Positions 63,143 through 64,000 of a DNA stretch of 64,000 bases are shown here, in pieces (position 1 is the stretch's first letter; each line of letters begins with the position of its first letter). The position numbers and the translations under genes are program-made. The notes under the pieces were generated by a model. It made no database searches. It was not told the DNA's origin and was given only the letters and a program-made list of their open reading frames with translations. This stretch comes from Octopus vulgaris (lineage: Eukaryota), in assembly GCA_951406725.2 (NCBI GenBank), contig OX597814.1, positions 42,284,001-42,348,000 on the forward strand. Reading direction: 5' to 3'.

Positions 63143-64000
63143 CACATATAATATATATATATATATATCCATGCATGTATAGTAATGTGCATGCGAGCGT
63201 GTGTGCGTTTGCCTCTCTGTGTGTTTGTGTATATGTGTGCGTGTGCCTGCGTGCCTATACATTTTCACCCGGAAGCAATTTCTTTAAATACATCCATTCG
63301 ACCGCTTGCATAATTTATTATGAATTTGCATTGTCGTCGTTTGATTGTTCATCCAACTGATTTTCTTACAAGTGAAAGATGCACTGATCCGTAAAATGTT
63401 TACACAAAGGAGATTGCAATAGCTTCTGTAGTATCGTCAAACAGTCAGTTACCTATTTGGTCGTGTAAAGTAAATGAAATCCATACGGAATATAGTAGGA
63501 CGCGTATCAAGTAAGAAATCAATCTCCAATAATTTAGCTTATTTAGTTGGACTTTCTGTACAATAATTTGAATTTTGTGTTATGAATTAGACTTAATTCC
63601 CCTGAAATTTCTTAGAATTCAATTCATCAAAATGATGAATCACTCAAATGACAATTTGAAAGAAAACATTAAATAAACTGATGCTATGTCTGCCAGTCAC
63701 CTAATTTCAAGATCTCGAGAATGGGGACTTAGATATATATAAGTAGTTGCTTCAAATATGAGAAACAATTAAACAGGTAGAAAGCCTTTTGATAAATAAA
63801 TGGAGATCAGCATATAATATATACTTTTAAATTGTAATAATGGGAGATTTAACATCAAGAAGACTGATCTGTTCCGTAACACTTTATTAAATATATTCAT
63901 TTACAATATTATGAGCTTTCCACTTCCCTGATGAGCATAAATGTTATAAATTTATCAGTGGCATTTACCTTGCCGAACAATATGGAAGATAAAAGCAGCT

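Noticed and set aside
63927-63950. CUGAUGA motif (also CUGACGA near 29238 and CUGAUAA near 34454)
   Set aside because: No GAAA or stems I/III follow.

Overview
AT-rich eukaryotic (animal) genomic DNA, saturated with microsatellites, tRNA-derived SINEs and decayed retroelements; the repeat content resembles an octopus/cephalopod genome (inference from remembered repeat sequences). Almost all listed ORFs are microsatellite artefacts. By-hand reading gives: (1) a spliced minus-strand gene missed by the ORF track, with 7 small phase-compatible GT-AG exons over about 28 kb (38916 to 10749) giving 159 aa of a possibly C2-like protein whose 3' end is unresolved; (2) several type I hammerhead-ribozyme motifs in short Penelope-like elements, four of them in sense orientation within that gene's introns, including one with a swapped G3-C8 catalytic core pair; (3) remnants of Tx1/L1, CR1, R4/Dong-type (RLE) LINEs, Penelope GIY-YIG, mariner/Tc1 and Helitron-like elements; (4) a near-identical 9.3 kb duplication flanking a 100-N gap, most likely an assembly artefact. 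No CRISPR, rRNA or bona fide tRNA genes were seen. Boundaries of decayed elements are approximate.
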